From assembly GCA_052388375.1 (NCBI GenBank), contig JBQTIG010000038.1, forward strand, positions 927 through 64,926: a stretch of DNA of 64,000 nucleotides, given 5' to 3'. The position numbers were made by a program, and so were the translations under genes. Under the pieces are notes generated by a model that ran no database searches, was not told the DNA's origin, and saw only the letters and a program-made list of their open reading frames with translations. This DNA comes from Planctomycetaceae bacterium. Its GTDB lineage: Bacteria; Planctomycetota; PLA2. Shown here piece by piece: positions 27,864 through 35,328 of this stretch (position 1 is the first letter of the stretch; the number at the start of each line of letters is the position of its first letter).

Positions 27864-28640
27864 TCAGGCCGGGAAGAGGTCGCAGCGCACCTCGGTCAGC
27901 ATGGTCTTGAGCTTCTCGATGACGCGGGAGTGGATCTGGCAGACGCGCGACTCCGTGAGGCTCAGCACCTTCGCGATCTCCTTCATGGAGAGCTCCTCGA
28001 AGTAGTAGAGCGTCACGACGATCTGCTCCTTCCGGTTGAGGTGCTTGCAGGCGAGGTCGCGCAGGTCGCTCTTGTGCACCGCCCGCGTGGGGTCGTCGCC
28101 GCCTTGGTCCTTGACCAGATCGAGGATGCGGTTGGAACCCTCCTCCGACCCGTCGGAGTTGTCGTCGCTCAGGCTGAGCATGGAGACGGGCTTGCTGTCC
28201 TTCTCGATGCGCATGTACTCCCCGACGCTGCATTTCAGGGCGTCGGCCATCTCGAACACCGTCGCCTCGCGCCCGAGGCGGGTCTGGAGCTTGCCGCAGG
28301 TGCGGTCCACCGTCGTCGCCTTGTGGCGGACCAGGCGCGGCACCCAGTCGAGGGCGCGCAGCTCGTCGAGGATGGCGCCGCGGATGCGGTTCACGCAGTA
28401 GGTCTTGAAGAGGACGCCGCGGTCGATGTCGAACCGGTCGATCGCCTCCAGCAGACCGAAGGTGCCCATGCTGACCAGGTCGTCCAGCTCGACCGACGCG
28501 GGAAGCGTCATGAGCATCCGCTCCGCCACGTACTTCACCAGCGGCAGGTAGGTCTCGATGAGCTTGTTCTTGTAGATCTTCCTGCGCGTGCGCTTGTACT
28601 TCACCCAGACGTCTCGTACCGCGCGATCGTCGATCCGCAT
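27864..28640 (-). CDS. RNA polymerase sigma factor, sigma-28 (FliA/WhiG) family
   Basis: It has region 2 (LIETYLPLVKYVAERM, DLVSMGTFGLLEAIDRFD), region 3 and a region 4 helix-turn-helix (LSMKEIAKVLSLTESRVCQIHS). Confidence 0.85.
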   Translation of the reverse strand: MRIDDRAVRDVWVKYKRTRRKIYKNKLIETYLPLVKYVAERMLMTLPASVELDDLVSMGTFGLLEAIDRFDIDRGVLFKTYCVNRIRGAILDELRALDWVPRLVRHKATTVDRTCGKLQTRLGREATVFEMADALKCSVGEYMRIEKDSKPVSMLSLSDDNSDGSEEGSNRILDLVKDQGGDDPTRAVHKSDLRDLACKHLNRKEQIVVTLYYFEELSMKEIAKVLSLTESRVCQIHSRVIEKLKTMLTEVRCDLFPA

Positions 28641-29059
28641 GGCTCAGCCTCCTCGTCTCCGTCCGCCCGTCGTGGCGCAGGCCTGCCGAACGGCTCCCGG
28701 CGAGGGGCAAGGGGGCGCAAAACGCCGAGCGCCCGGAGCCATGGCGGCATCCGGGCGCGCGGGGTGCGCGGTCCAGACCCGTGTGGCAGCTGGCTGCCTT
28801 GCCGCGCGCGGGCGCGGTTTAGGCCCTCTAGCTTTGCGCCGCCGGCTTTCGCCGACTTTGCCCTTTCAGCCGAGTTCCGACCGATACAGTCTGCTCGAAA
28901 AGAACCAAGTCCTTTTGGGACCGCGAGAAGACTAGCCCGCCGATGTCGCGAGGCAAGCGCAACCCACAATTATTTTAGACATTTTCTCAACCCTTTATGC
29001 GGCAACGGGTTGCGATCGGACCGCCGCGGGCGGCCGCGCATGCGCGTCGTATGTCCGGA

Positions 29060-30619
29060 TCAATCCACCCAGTCCCGGACCACGCGGAACCCGATGTCCA
29101 GCGCCCGCGACGCGGGGTCGGCGTGGTCGCGCCACTGGAGCGCGAGGGTCGCCGGATCGCTTTCATAGGAGCCCCCCCTCACGACACGGTGGCCGCCTTC
29201 GGCGGGTCCTTGGGGGTCGACCCGGGAAGAGCGCATGTACCAGCGCGGCTCGAAGCGATCGAGGCACCACTCGCGCACGTTGCCGCTCGTGTGCAAGAGC
29301 GAAAACGGGCCTTCGCCCTCCGGCAGGGAGTCCGCGGGCGCCGGGCCCACGGACTTGGTCACGCAGAGCGTGGAATCGAGGGTCGCTCCCCACGGGTAGG
29401 CGAGTCCGTCGGGCCCCGCCGCGGCCCGCTCCCACTCCGCCTCGGTAGGCAGGCGTCCACCCACCCAGCGGGCGTAGGAGAAGGCCGCGTACCAGGAGAG
29501 ACCGCGCACGGGATAGGTCTCGGTCCCGGCCGGTGCAGAGTCGCTGGTCCATCCCGCAGGCCGCAGATTCACGCCGGGGTCCTCGGGATGCCGGACCGCG
29601 GCGTCGTTCATTCGCCTCATGTAGGCCAGGAACTCCTCGTACTGGCCCGCGGTCACCTCGCTGCGGTCGATGAGGTAGGGCCTCAAGAACATGAGGTGCG
29701 CGGGCCCCAGAGGGGGCTTGTCCCCCGCCCCCCTCATGCCGATCCCCGCGGGGATCAGCACCATCTCCTGCCCGTCGGCGGCACGGAGAAGCGTGCGTTG
29801 GCCCCGGGCGGTCGTTCGCAGGTAGGTCAGGCCGGGGGGCGCCCGAAAGAGCGTGAACTGGGACTCGCCGATCCGCACGCGATTCTCGATGTCGCGCAGG
29901 TCGAGGTCGGCGTGCGGCGCAAGATTCCGCGCCATCGAGGTGTCGAACCGCAGCCGAACCACGCGCGCATGCACGGTCTCGCAGTCCGCGTGGCTGCGCA
30001 CCGGGGAGGGCACGGCCGCGGGGGGCATGGCCGACAGGGGGATTTCGACATCGAGCCGGGCGCGCTTGCCGTCGAGCCCTTCCGCCACCGCCTCCACGCG
30101 TGCCCCGACTTCATGCAGGACGCAGACGAATCGGTCCCCCGCCGGGGAGAGCGCCGCCGGCTGACCCGCGACGAGCACGCGCACGACGCCGCGCGGAGCG
30201 CAGGTTCCGCTCACTCGGATCGAGTCGGCGTCCACCTCCACGCCGGTGACGGCGAACCCCTCGGAAGGGCTGGAAGCTTCGAACGCGTCGGGGGGGCCCA
30301 GGAAGATGCTGCGCGCCGCGGGGGCGTCGGCTTCCGGCAGCTCGCCCTCCTCCCAGAATGGGCTCCGGGAGCCGCTCCTGGGGATCGCGAAAAAAGCCAC
30401 GAGGCCGAGCGCCGCCACGCCAACCAGGAGGATCATGGGACGGGCGCGGAGGCCTCGGCGGAACCTGAGCGCCGGCGGCTGGACGCCGCCGGCACGGGCG
30501 CTCCGCGCGGGAGTCGCGAGGATGGGCGCCGTGCCCACGCGCTGGGGGGAGTCCCCGCAATGGGGACAGCGGCGCATGTGGTCCGGATAGACCTCGGAAC
30601 AGTCGAGACACTTCGGCAT
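29060..30619 (-). CDS. Membrane protein: N-terminal zinc ribbon, one TM helix and a C-terminal FGE/SUMF1 domain
   Basis: The zinc ribbon reads CLDCSEVYPDHMRRCPHCG and the TM helix MILLVGVAALGLVAFFAI. DRSEVTAGQYEEFLAY, GNVREW and RGGSYESD are FGE-fold motifs. It is the last gene of the ECF sigma operon. Confidence 0.75.
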   Translation of the reverse strand: MPKCLDCSEVYPDHMRRCPHCGDSPQRVGTAPILATPARSARAGGVQPPALRFRRGLRARPMILLVGVAALGLVAFFAIPRSGSRSPFWEEGELPEADAPAARSIFLGPPDAFEASSPSEGFAVTGVEVDADSIRVSGTCAPRGVVRVLVAGQPAALSPAGDRFVCVLHEVGARVEAVAEGLDGKRARLDVEIPLSAMPPAAVPSPVRSHADCETVHARVVRLRFDTSMARNLAPHADLDLRDIENRVRIGESQFTLFRAPPGLTYLRTTARGQRTLLRAADGQEMVLIPAGIGMRGAGDKPPLGPAHLMFLRPYLIDRSEVTAGQYEEFLAYMRRMNDAAVRHPEDPGVNLRPAGWTSDSAPAGTETYPVRGLSWYAAFSYARWVGGRLPTEAEWERAAAGPDGLAYPWGATLDSTLCVTKSVGPAPADSLPEGEGPFSLLHTSGNVREWCLDRFEPRWYMRSSRVDPQGPAEGGHRVVRGGSYESDPATLALQWRDHADPASRALDIGFRVVRDWVD

Positions 30620-30657
30620 GGACTCAGTCCCCTATCGGCAGGGGGGCCGTGCCGGAC

Positions 30658-31692
30658 TTACCCCCCCGAACCTGGGCGGGGCCGGGGCGGGCGGACGCCG
30701 CGGATGGCCTGCAGCGCCCTGAAGAAGTCCTCCGGCGTCTCGCAGGAGGCGAGGTGGAGGAGCATTTCGCGAGGCAGGCTCATCCGGTCGAGGAGGTCGA
30801 GGCGCGCCAGACCCCGCGAATCGCGCTCCCAGGCGCGACGTTCCGCCGGGTCGGTGGGGGCGGGGCCCATGAGGGCCGCGATCCCGGGATCGAGGAACGG
30901 GCAGTCCTCGGGGCGGAACGCATAGCGGACCAGCTCGCGCTCGCGCGGAGTGAGGAAGACGCTCGGGCCCTCCACGAGGTAGTAGAGCTCGCGCTCCAGG
31001 TCCGCCTGGATCCGTCTCGTCTCCCCCCCCCGCACCTGCAGAAGCTGCGCGCGAATCAGATCGACGGCGGCGCGCTCCTCCTCGTGTGCGCTCTTCTCGA
31101 CGACCTCGGCGGCGGCGGCGCGCCTCTCCTCCTCGGTGAACTCGCGCCCCGCCTTGCGCTCCGCCTCCTGCACGAGCGCCAACACATGCCAGGCGACGAT
31201 CCCCCTCGTGCGGGCGCGCAGGGCCTCGTGCGCCTCACGCGCCGCAGCCGCGTCGAAGGGCTCGGGAAACAGGCGCAGGAACGTCGCGCGGCGCTCCTCG
31301 AGGTCGGGGAGGCGACGCAGCGCAAAGTCGAGCTGGATCTGGCGCCAGCGCATCAGGACCAACCGCCCCGCGAGCGGTCGAGCCTCGGGGGGGAGCGCCG
31401 CCAGCGCCTCGCGCAGCTCCCGGGGCACGAGTTCGTCCGCCCGCTCGCGGGGCGCACGCAGGAGCATCTCCCGCAGCTGGCCCTCCTTCAGCGCATCGCG
31501 CTTTTCCGGAGCCATCGCCCGATAGCGGCGATAGCGCTCCAGCACCATGCGCTGGCGCCAGAGCGGCAGCTGCCCCCACTCCCCCTCCCCGATCAGCCGG
31601 GCGACGGTGGCGGTCTCCTCGGGCGTGGCCGGTTCGTCCTCCCCGGCGCAGAGCGGGGCGGCGGCCAACAGGAGGATGAGCAGTCGAAGCAT
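30658..31692 (-). CDS. Periplasmic alpha-helical protein of unknown function
   Basis: It has a signal peptide (MLRLLILLLAAAPLCAG), is rich in R/E and has high GC3. Confidence 0.55.
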   Translation of the reverse strand: MLRLLILLLAAAPLCAGEDEPATPEETATVARLIGEGEWGQLPLWRQRMVLERYRRYRAMAPEKRDALKEGQLREMLLRAPRERADELVPRELREALAALPPEARPLAGRLVLMRWRQIQLDFALRRLPDLEERRATFLRLFPEPFDAAAAREAHEALRARTRGIVAWHVLALVQEAERKAGREFTEEERRAAAAEVVEKSAHEEERAAVDLIRAQLLQVRGGETRRIQADLERELYYLVEGPSVFLTPRERELVRYAFRPEDCPFLDPGIAALMGPAPTDPAERRAWERDSRGLARLDLLDRMSLPREMLLHLASCETPEDFFRALQAIRGVRPPRPRPGSGG

Positions 31693-31695
31693 GCT

Positions 31696-32115
31696 TCAGG
31701 AAGCGTCCAGCTCCGCGAGGACCTCCTGCTTGAGATCGCGCAGAGCGAGGCTGCCGTACGTGTCCACATCAGCCTCCCAGAAGTACTCCTGGGGCTCTTC
31801 CGTCGCGACCGGCTCGCTGGGCCCCGTTTCGCCGAGCGGCGGGAGGAGGGCGAGAAGGAGCGCCGCGGCGGCGGCCGCAAGCGGCAGAACGAGGCGAAGG
31901 AGGGGGGCGGGGCTGCGCGCGCGCCTCAGCACCCGCGCCGCGAAATCGGCGCGAGCCGTGGCGCCCGGGAGCGCCTCCAGCGCCTTGTCGACCGCCGCGA
32001 GGGCAAGCAGTTCGCGCCGGGCGGCGGGATCGGCCTCGATCTGCGCGCGAACGCGAGCCGCCTCGTCGGAGGGCAGCTCGCCGTCGAAGACGGCGTTCAA
32101 GGTATCGCGGTTCAT
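31696..32115 (-). CDS. Anti-sigma factor (single TM helix)
   Basis: It overlaps the sigma-gene stop as ATGA. It has an N-terminal anti-sigma domain and the TM helix LLRLVLPLAAAAAALLLALL. Confidence 0.6.
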   Translation of the reverse strand: MNRDTLNAVFDGELPSDEAARVRAQIEADPAARRELLALAAVDKALEALPGATARADFAARVLRRARSPAPLLRLVLPLAAAAAALLLALLPPLGETGPSEPVATEEPQEYFWEADVDTYGSLALRDLKQEVLAELDAS

Positions 32116-32732
32116 ACCGGCTCACTCCGGGCGGCCTTCGCAGGGCGCGCCGCGTGCAAATAGGGCTCGATCCGCGCGCGCACGTTTTCCCGCGCGCGGG
32201 TAAGCAGGCTCTTCACCGCCGGGACGGAGAGCTCAAGGGTCTGGGCGAGCTCCTCGTAGCCAAGGCCGTGGAACTTGTTCATGAGCAATGCCAACCGCTG
32301 CCGCTCGGGGAGCGCGTCCACCGCGGCACGGACCTGACCGCGCAGCTCTTCGCGGGCGAGCGCCTCGACGGGTCCGGCGCCAGCATCCCCCGTCGCGGCC
32401 GGCGCGGCGCCCTCCTCTTCACCCGCCTCCCGCAGGGGAGAAGCGCCGTGGGTCGCGCGCGTCTTGCGCCTCCGCATCTCGTTCAGGCAGGCGTTGGCGG
32501 CGACCCTGTAGAGCCAGGTGGTGAACTTCGCCTCGGGGCGATAGCGCTTGCGGGCGCGATAGATCCGGAGGAATACCTCCTGGGAGAGATCCTCGGCGTC
32601 GGCGCGGTTTCCCAGGTAGCGGTAGGTGAGGCTCATGACGCTGTTTTCGTGGCGCTGCACGAGGACCGAGTAGGCCGACTCGTCGCCCGCCTGGAAAGCG
32701 AGCATGAGATCCACGTCGGACCGCTCGGTCAT
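32112..32732 (-). CDS. ECF-subfamily RNA polymerase sigma-70 factor
   Basis: It has region 2 (DLSQEVFLRIYRARKRY, FTTWLYRVAANACLN) and a region 4 helix-turn-helix (GLGYEELAQTLELSVPAVKSLLTRAR). Confidence 0.85.
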   Translation of the reverse strand: MTERSDVDLMLAFQAGDESAYSVLVQRHENSVMSLTYRYLGNRADAEDLSQEVFLRIYRARKRYRPEAKFTTWLYRVAANACLNEMRRRKTRATHGASPLREAGEEEGAAPAATGDAGAGPVEALAREELRGQVRAAVDALPERQRLALLMNKFHGLGYEELAQTLELSVPAVKSLLTRARENVRARIEPYLHAARPAKAARSEPV

Positions 32733-32823
32733 CGGGAGCTTGCCATTCCTGGAACCCGCAGGGGAGGGGCCGGTTTCGCCCCGCCCTAACCCGGGAATTG
32801 CCATGATGTTAGCCTTACTCCAC

Positions 32824-33369
32824 ATGAAGAACCGGTGGAAACTCCTGAGGAGCGAGCTGGTCTACGACGCCGGCGTCGTCCGCCTCCTCAGGGAGGCCTA
32901 CGAGCACGCGGGCGCTCCCATCCACGATTTCTACCTGCTCGACGCCCCCGTCTGGGTCAACGTAGTCGCGCTCACGGCCGCCAGGCAGGTGGTTCTCGTG
33001 CGGCAGTACCGCCACGGCATCAAGGAGGTGACCCTGGAGGTTCCCGGCGGTGTGATGGACCCGAGCGACTCCGATCCGGGAGCCGCCGCCGCCCGCGAGC
33101 TCCTCGAGGAGACGGGGTATGGCAGCGAACCCCTCGTCCCGCTCGGCGCCATCACCTGCAACCCCGCCATCCTCGCGAATCGGACCTACTCCTTCTTCGC
33201 ACCCAACGCGCGGCGCGTCGCCGAGCCCTGTCCGGACGCGCACGAGGACATCGAGATGGAATTGTGCCCCCTCGAGGCGATCCCGCGCCTGCTTCGCGAA
33301 GGGGCCATCCACCACGCCCTGAGCGTGAGTGCCCTGGCGCTCCTGCTCCTGCGCGAGGCGCCTACCTAG
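32824..33369 (+). CDS. NUDIX hydrolase (ADP-ribose pyrophosphatase-like)
   Basis: The Nudix box reads GGVMDPSDSDPGAAAARELLEETGY. Codon usage favours the ATG at 32824 over 32803. Confidence 0.75.
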   Translation: MKNRWKLLRSELVYDAGVVRLLREAYEHAGAPIHDFYLLDAPVWVNVVALTAARQVVLVRQYRHGIKEVTLEVPGGVMDPSDSDPGAAAARELLEETGYGSEPLVPLGAITCNPAILANRTYSFFAPNARRVAEPCPDAHEDIEMELCPLEAIPRLLREGAIHHALSVSALALLLLREAPT

Positions 33370-33790
33370 CCAACTCCAGCATAGGTGCGGATTCAATACT
33401 CGCGCGCTCTCAAGCCATTGCAGGGAAAGCACTAACGTCGGATTTCCTGGTTGACGGATTCGCGCCTTGGGATAGCGTTTCGAGGCATCGGAGTGTGGAA
33501 GAGATGGAGTCGCGGAAGCCCCTGACCAACCCTTGCGACAGCACGCGGGAACCGTGCAGGGATACGGCTCCGTCCGGTCCTGATGTGGCTGGAGAGCGCT
33601 CGCCCGGGAGGGCGCGGTGGCCGATGGGCCGACCGGCGTACCGTCCGCAGGGATGCGCTCACACCCTCCTCGATTCATCGAACTCCACTCCCGGCGGCGG
33701 ACCTGACAAACCCTCTCTTACCGAATCCACTTAGCCCAGGTCCGTCCGCCACGCCCCGGCTGCGGTGACGCTTTCCGGGGAATCGAGCCA

Positions 33791-33820
33791 AGGGGCCGCC
33801 TTCGGGCGGCCCCTCTTTTT
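33791..33820 (+). terminator. Rho-independent terminator (10-bp GC stem AGGGGCCGCC-TTCG-GGCGGCCCCT followed by CTTTTT)
   Basis: It has a perfect stem, a GNRA-like tetraloop and a T-tract. It is oriented for plus-strand transcripts, but the nearest upstream plus-strand CDS ends 420 nt away. Confidence 0.65.
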
Positions 33821-33831
33821 CCCCCCCCCCC
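33821..33831 (+). repeat. Homopolymeric C tract (11 nt) in the promoter/leader region of the cysteine protease gene
   Basis: The cccccccccccgcggg run lies 52-62 nt upstream of ATG 33883. Confidence 0.85.
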
Positions 33832-33882
33832 GCGGGCCCCCGTTGCCCGTTGCGTGCAACTTGCCTCATAATCTCCTCCACG

Positions 33883-35322
33883 ATGGCTTTCTTGAAACCG
33901 CTGCCCCTTCTCCTCCTCTTCCTTCTCCTCACCTCCTGCCAGGACAAGGACCCCGCACCGGCAGCCCCTGGCGGAGGCGAGTCCCGGACGCTGGGCCTCG
34001 TGCTGGCCAAGCCGGAGCAGCTGCGCGGCATCCCCCTTGCGACCGCCCCTTATTCGGGGGACGAGCTGCCCTCCAAGGTGGATCTCTCCGAGAAGATGCC
34101 GCCGCCCGGGTTCCAGGGGAAGCAGAGCTCCTGCGTCGGCTTCTCGGTGGCCTACGCGCTCAAGAGCTACCAGGAGCTCCTCGAGGAGGGAAAGCCTCGG
34201 TCGGCCGGCGGCGGGCGCGCCGACCCGACGCGGGTCTTCAGCCCGGCCTTCGTCTACAACCAGATCAACAACGGTCGTGACGGGGGCGCCACCTTCATCG
34301 ACGCGCTCAACCTGCTCAGCCAGCAGGGTGCGACGCCTCTGGCCGAGATGCCTTATGACGAGAACGACTTCACGCGCCCGCCCTCCGGCCGGGCTGCCGC
34401 CGCGGCGCGCCGCTACCGCATCGATTACTGGCGCCAGGTGAACGTTGCGGACGTCAAGGAGGTGAAGGCGCACCTCAACGCCGGGTACCCCGTGATGATC
34501 GGGGGCCCAGTGGACGACGGCTTCCTCGCCATGCAGCGCGGAGGGGTATGGCGGTCGCCGAGCGGGCAGGTGAAGGGCGGCCACGCGATGCTCCTGGTCG
34601 GCTACGACGACGCGAAGAACGCCTTCCGTCTCATCAATTCGTGGGGCCCGGGCTGGGCCGACGACGGGTTCGGCTGGATCGACTACAACTACTTCCGCAC
34701 CGTCATCGTCGAGGCCTACGTCGCCAAAGACGCTCATAACGGGCGCGCCTCCGACGAGCGCCCCGATCCGACCCCCGATCCGACTCCGGATCCGACTCCC
34801 GATCCCACGCCGGATCCCACGCCGGATCCCACGCCCGATCCCACGCCCGATCCGCAGCCGTTCACGCCCCCCGAGGTGAGCTTCGCCATCACCAGCGTGC
34901 AGCACAACACGCAGTTCCCCGATCAGGAGGAACTGGGCTACTTCATGCGCTTCGACGGCACTCTCCAGATCCCGCCCGGAGCCGGCCGCGTGGACCAGAT
35001 CGTCGTGTTCTTCTATTACGACGCGGGCAAGGGCAACAAGGGCAAGGCGGTGCGCGGCTTGGACAAGCACTACGCGACCGTGGATGGAAGCGCCGCCTGC
35101 GGCACCGCCCCCTATGAGATCCCTCCCGAGGGGTTCGACACGACGTGGGCCTGCTGGATCCCGTACGCGGCGATGGATCTGCCCGCCGGGGTCTGGCGGC
35201 AGACGCCCCAGGGGCCGATCTACGCGCCGGCCACCACCGCCCTGGTCGCGGAGCCGGTGCTCTTCATCGACAAATTCGCCGTCCGCTCCGGCGGCGTGGT
35301 GCAGTTCCTCGTGACGAAGTAG
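33883..35322 (+). CDS. Papain-family (C1) cysteine peptidase lipoprotein with (PDPT)n linker and C-terminal domain
   Basis: It has a lipobox (LLTSCQD), the catalytic Cys context QGKQSSCVGFSVAYA, His in GGHAMLLVGYDD and Asn in NSWGPGWADDG. Confidence 0.8.
   Translation: MAFLKPLPLLLLFLLLTSCQDKDPAPAAPGGGESRTLGLVLAKPEQLRGIPLATAPYSGDELPSKVDLSEKMPPPGFQGKQSSCVGFSVAYALKSYQELLEEGKPRSAGGGRADPTRVFSPAFVYNQINNGRDGGATFIDALNLLSQQGATPLAEMPYDENDFTRPPSGRAAAAARRYRIDYWRQVNVADVKEVKAHLNAGYPVMIGGPVDDGFLAMQRGGVWRSPSGQVKGGHAMLLVGYDDAKNAFRLINSWGPGWADDGFGWIDYNYFRTVIVEAYVAKDAHNGRASDERPDPTPDPTPDPTPDPTPDPTPDPTPDPTPDPQPFTPPEVSFAITSVQHNTQFPDQEELGYFMRFDGTLQIPPGAGRVDQIVVFFYYDAGKGNKGKAVRGLDKHYATVDGSAACGTAPYEIPPEGFDTTWACWIPYAAMDLPAGVWRQTPQGPIYAPATTALVAEPVLFIDKFAVRSGGVVQFLVTK
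34762..34857 (+). repeat. In-frame 12-nt tandem repeat (8x) encoding (PDPT)8 linker, PDPT PDPT ... PDPQP
   Basis: ccgatccgactcc / ccgatcccacgcc units. The repeat could expand or contract by slippage. Confidence 0.85.
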
Positions 35323-35328
35323 CCCGCT

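Noticed and set aside
33370-33790. Identification of the structured intergenic region as tmRNA / RNase P / SRP / 6S RNA
   Set aside because: I found no convincing match to the conserved tmRNA tag reading frame plus T-arm, the RNase P P4 helix or GGUAAGAGCGCACC box, or the SRP domain IV motif. It remains an unclassified candidate only.
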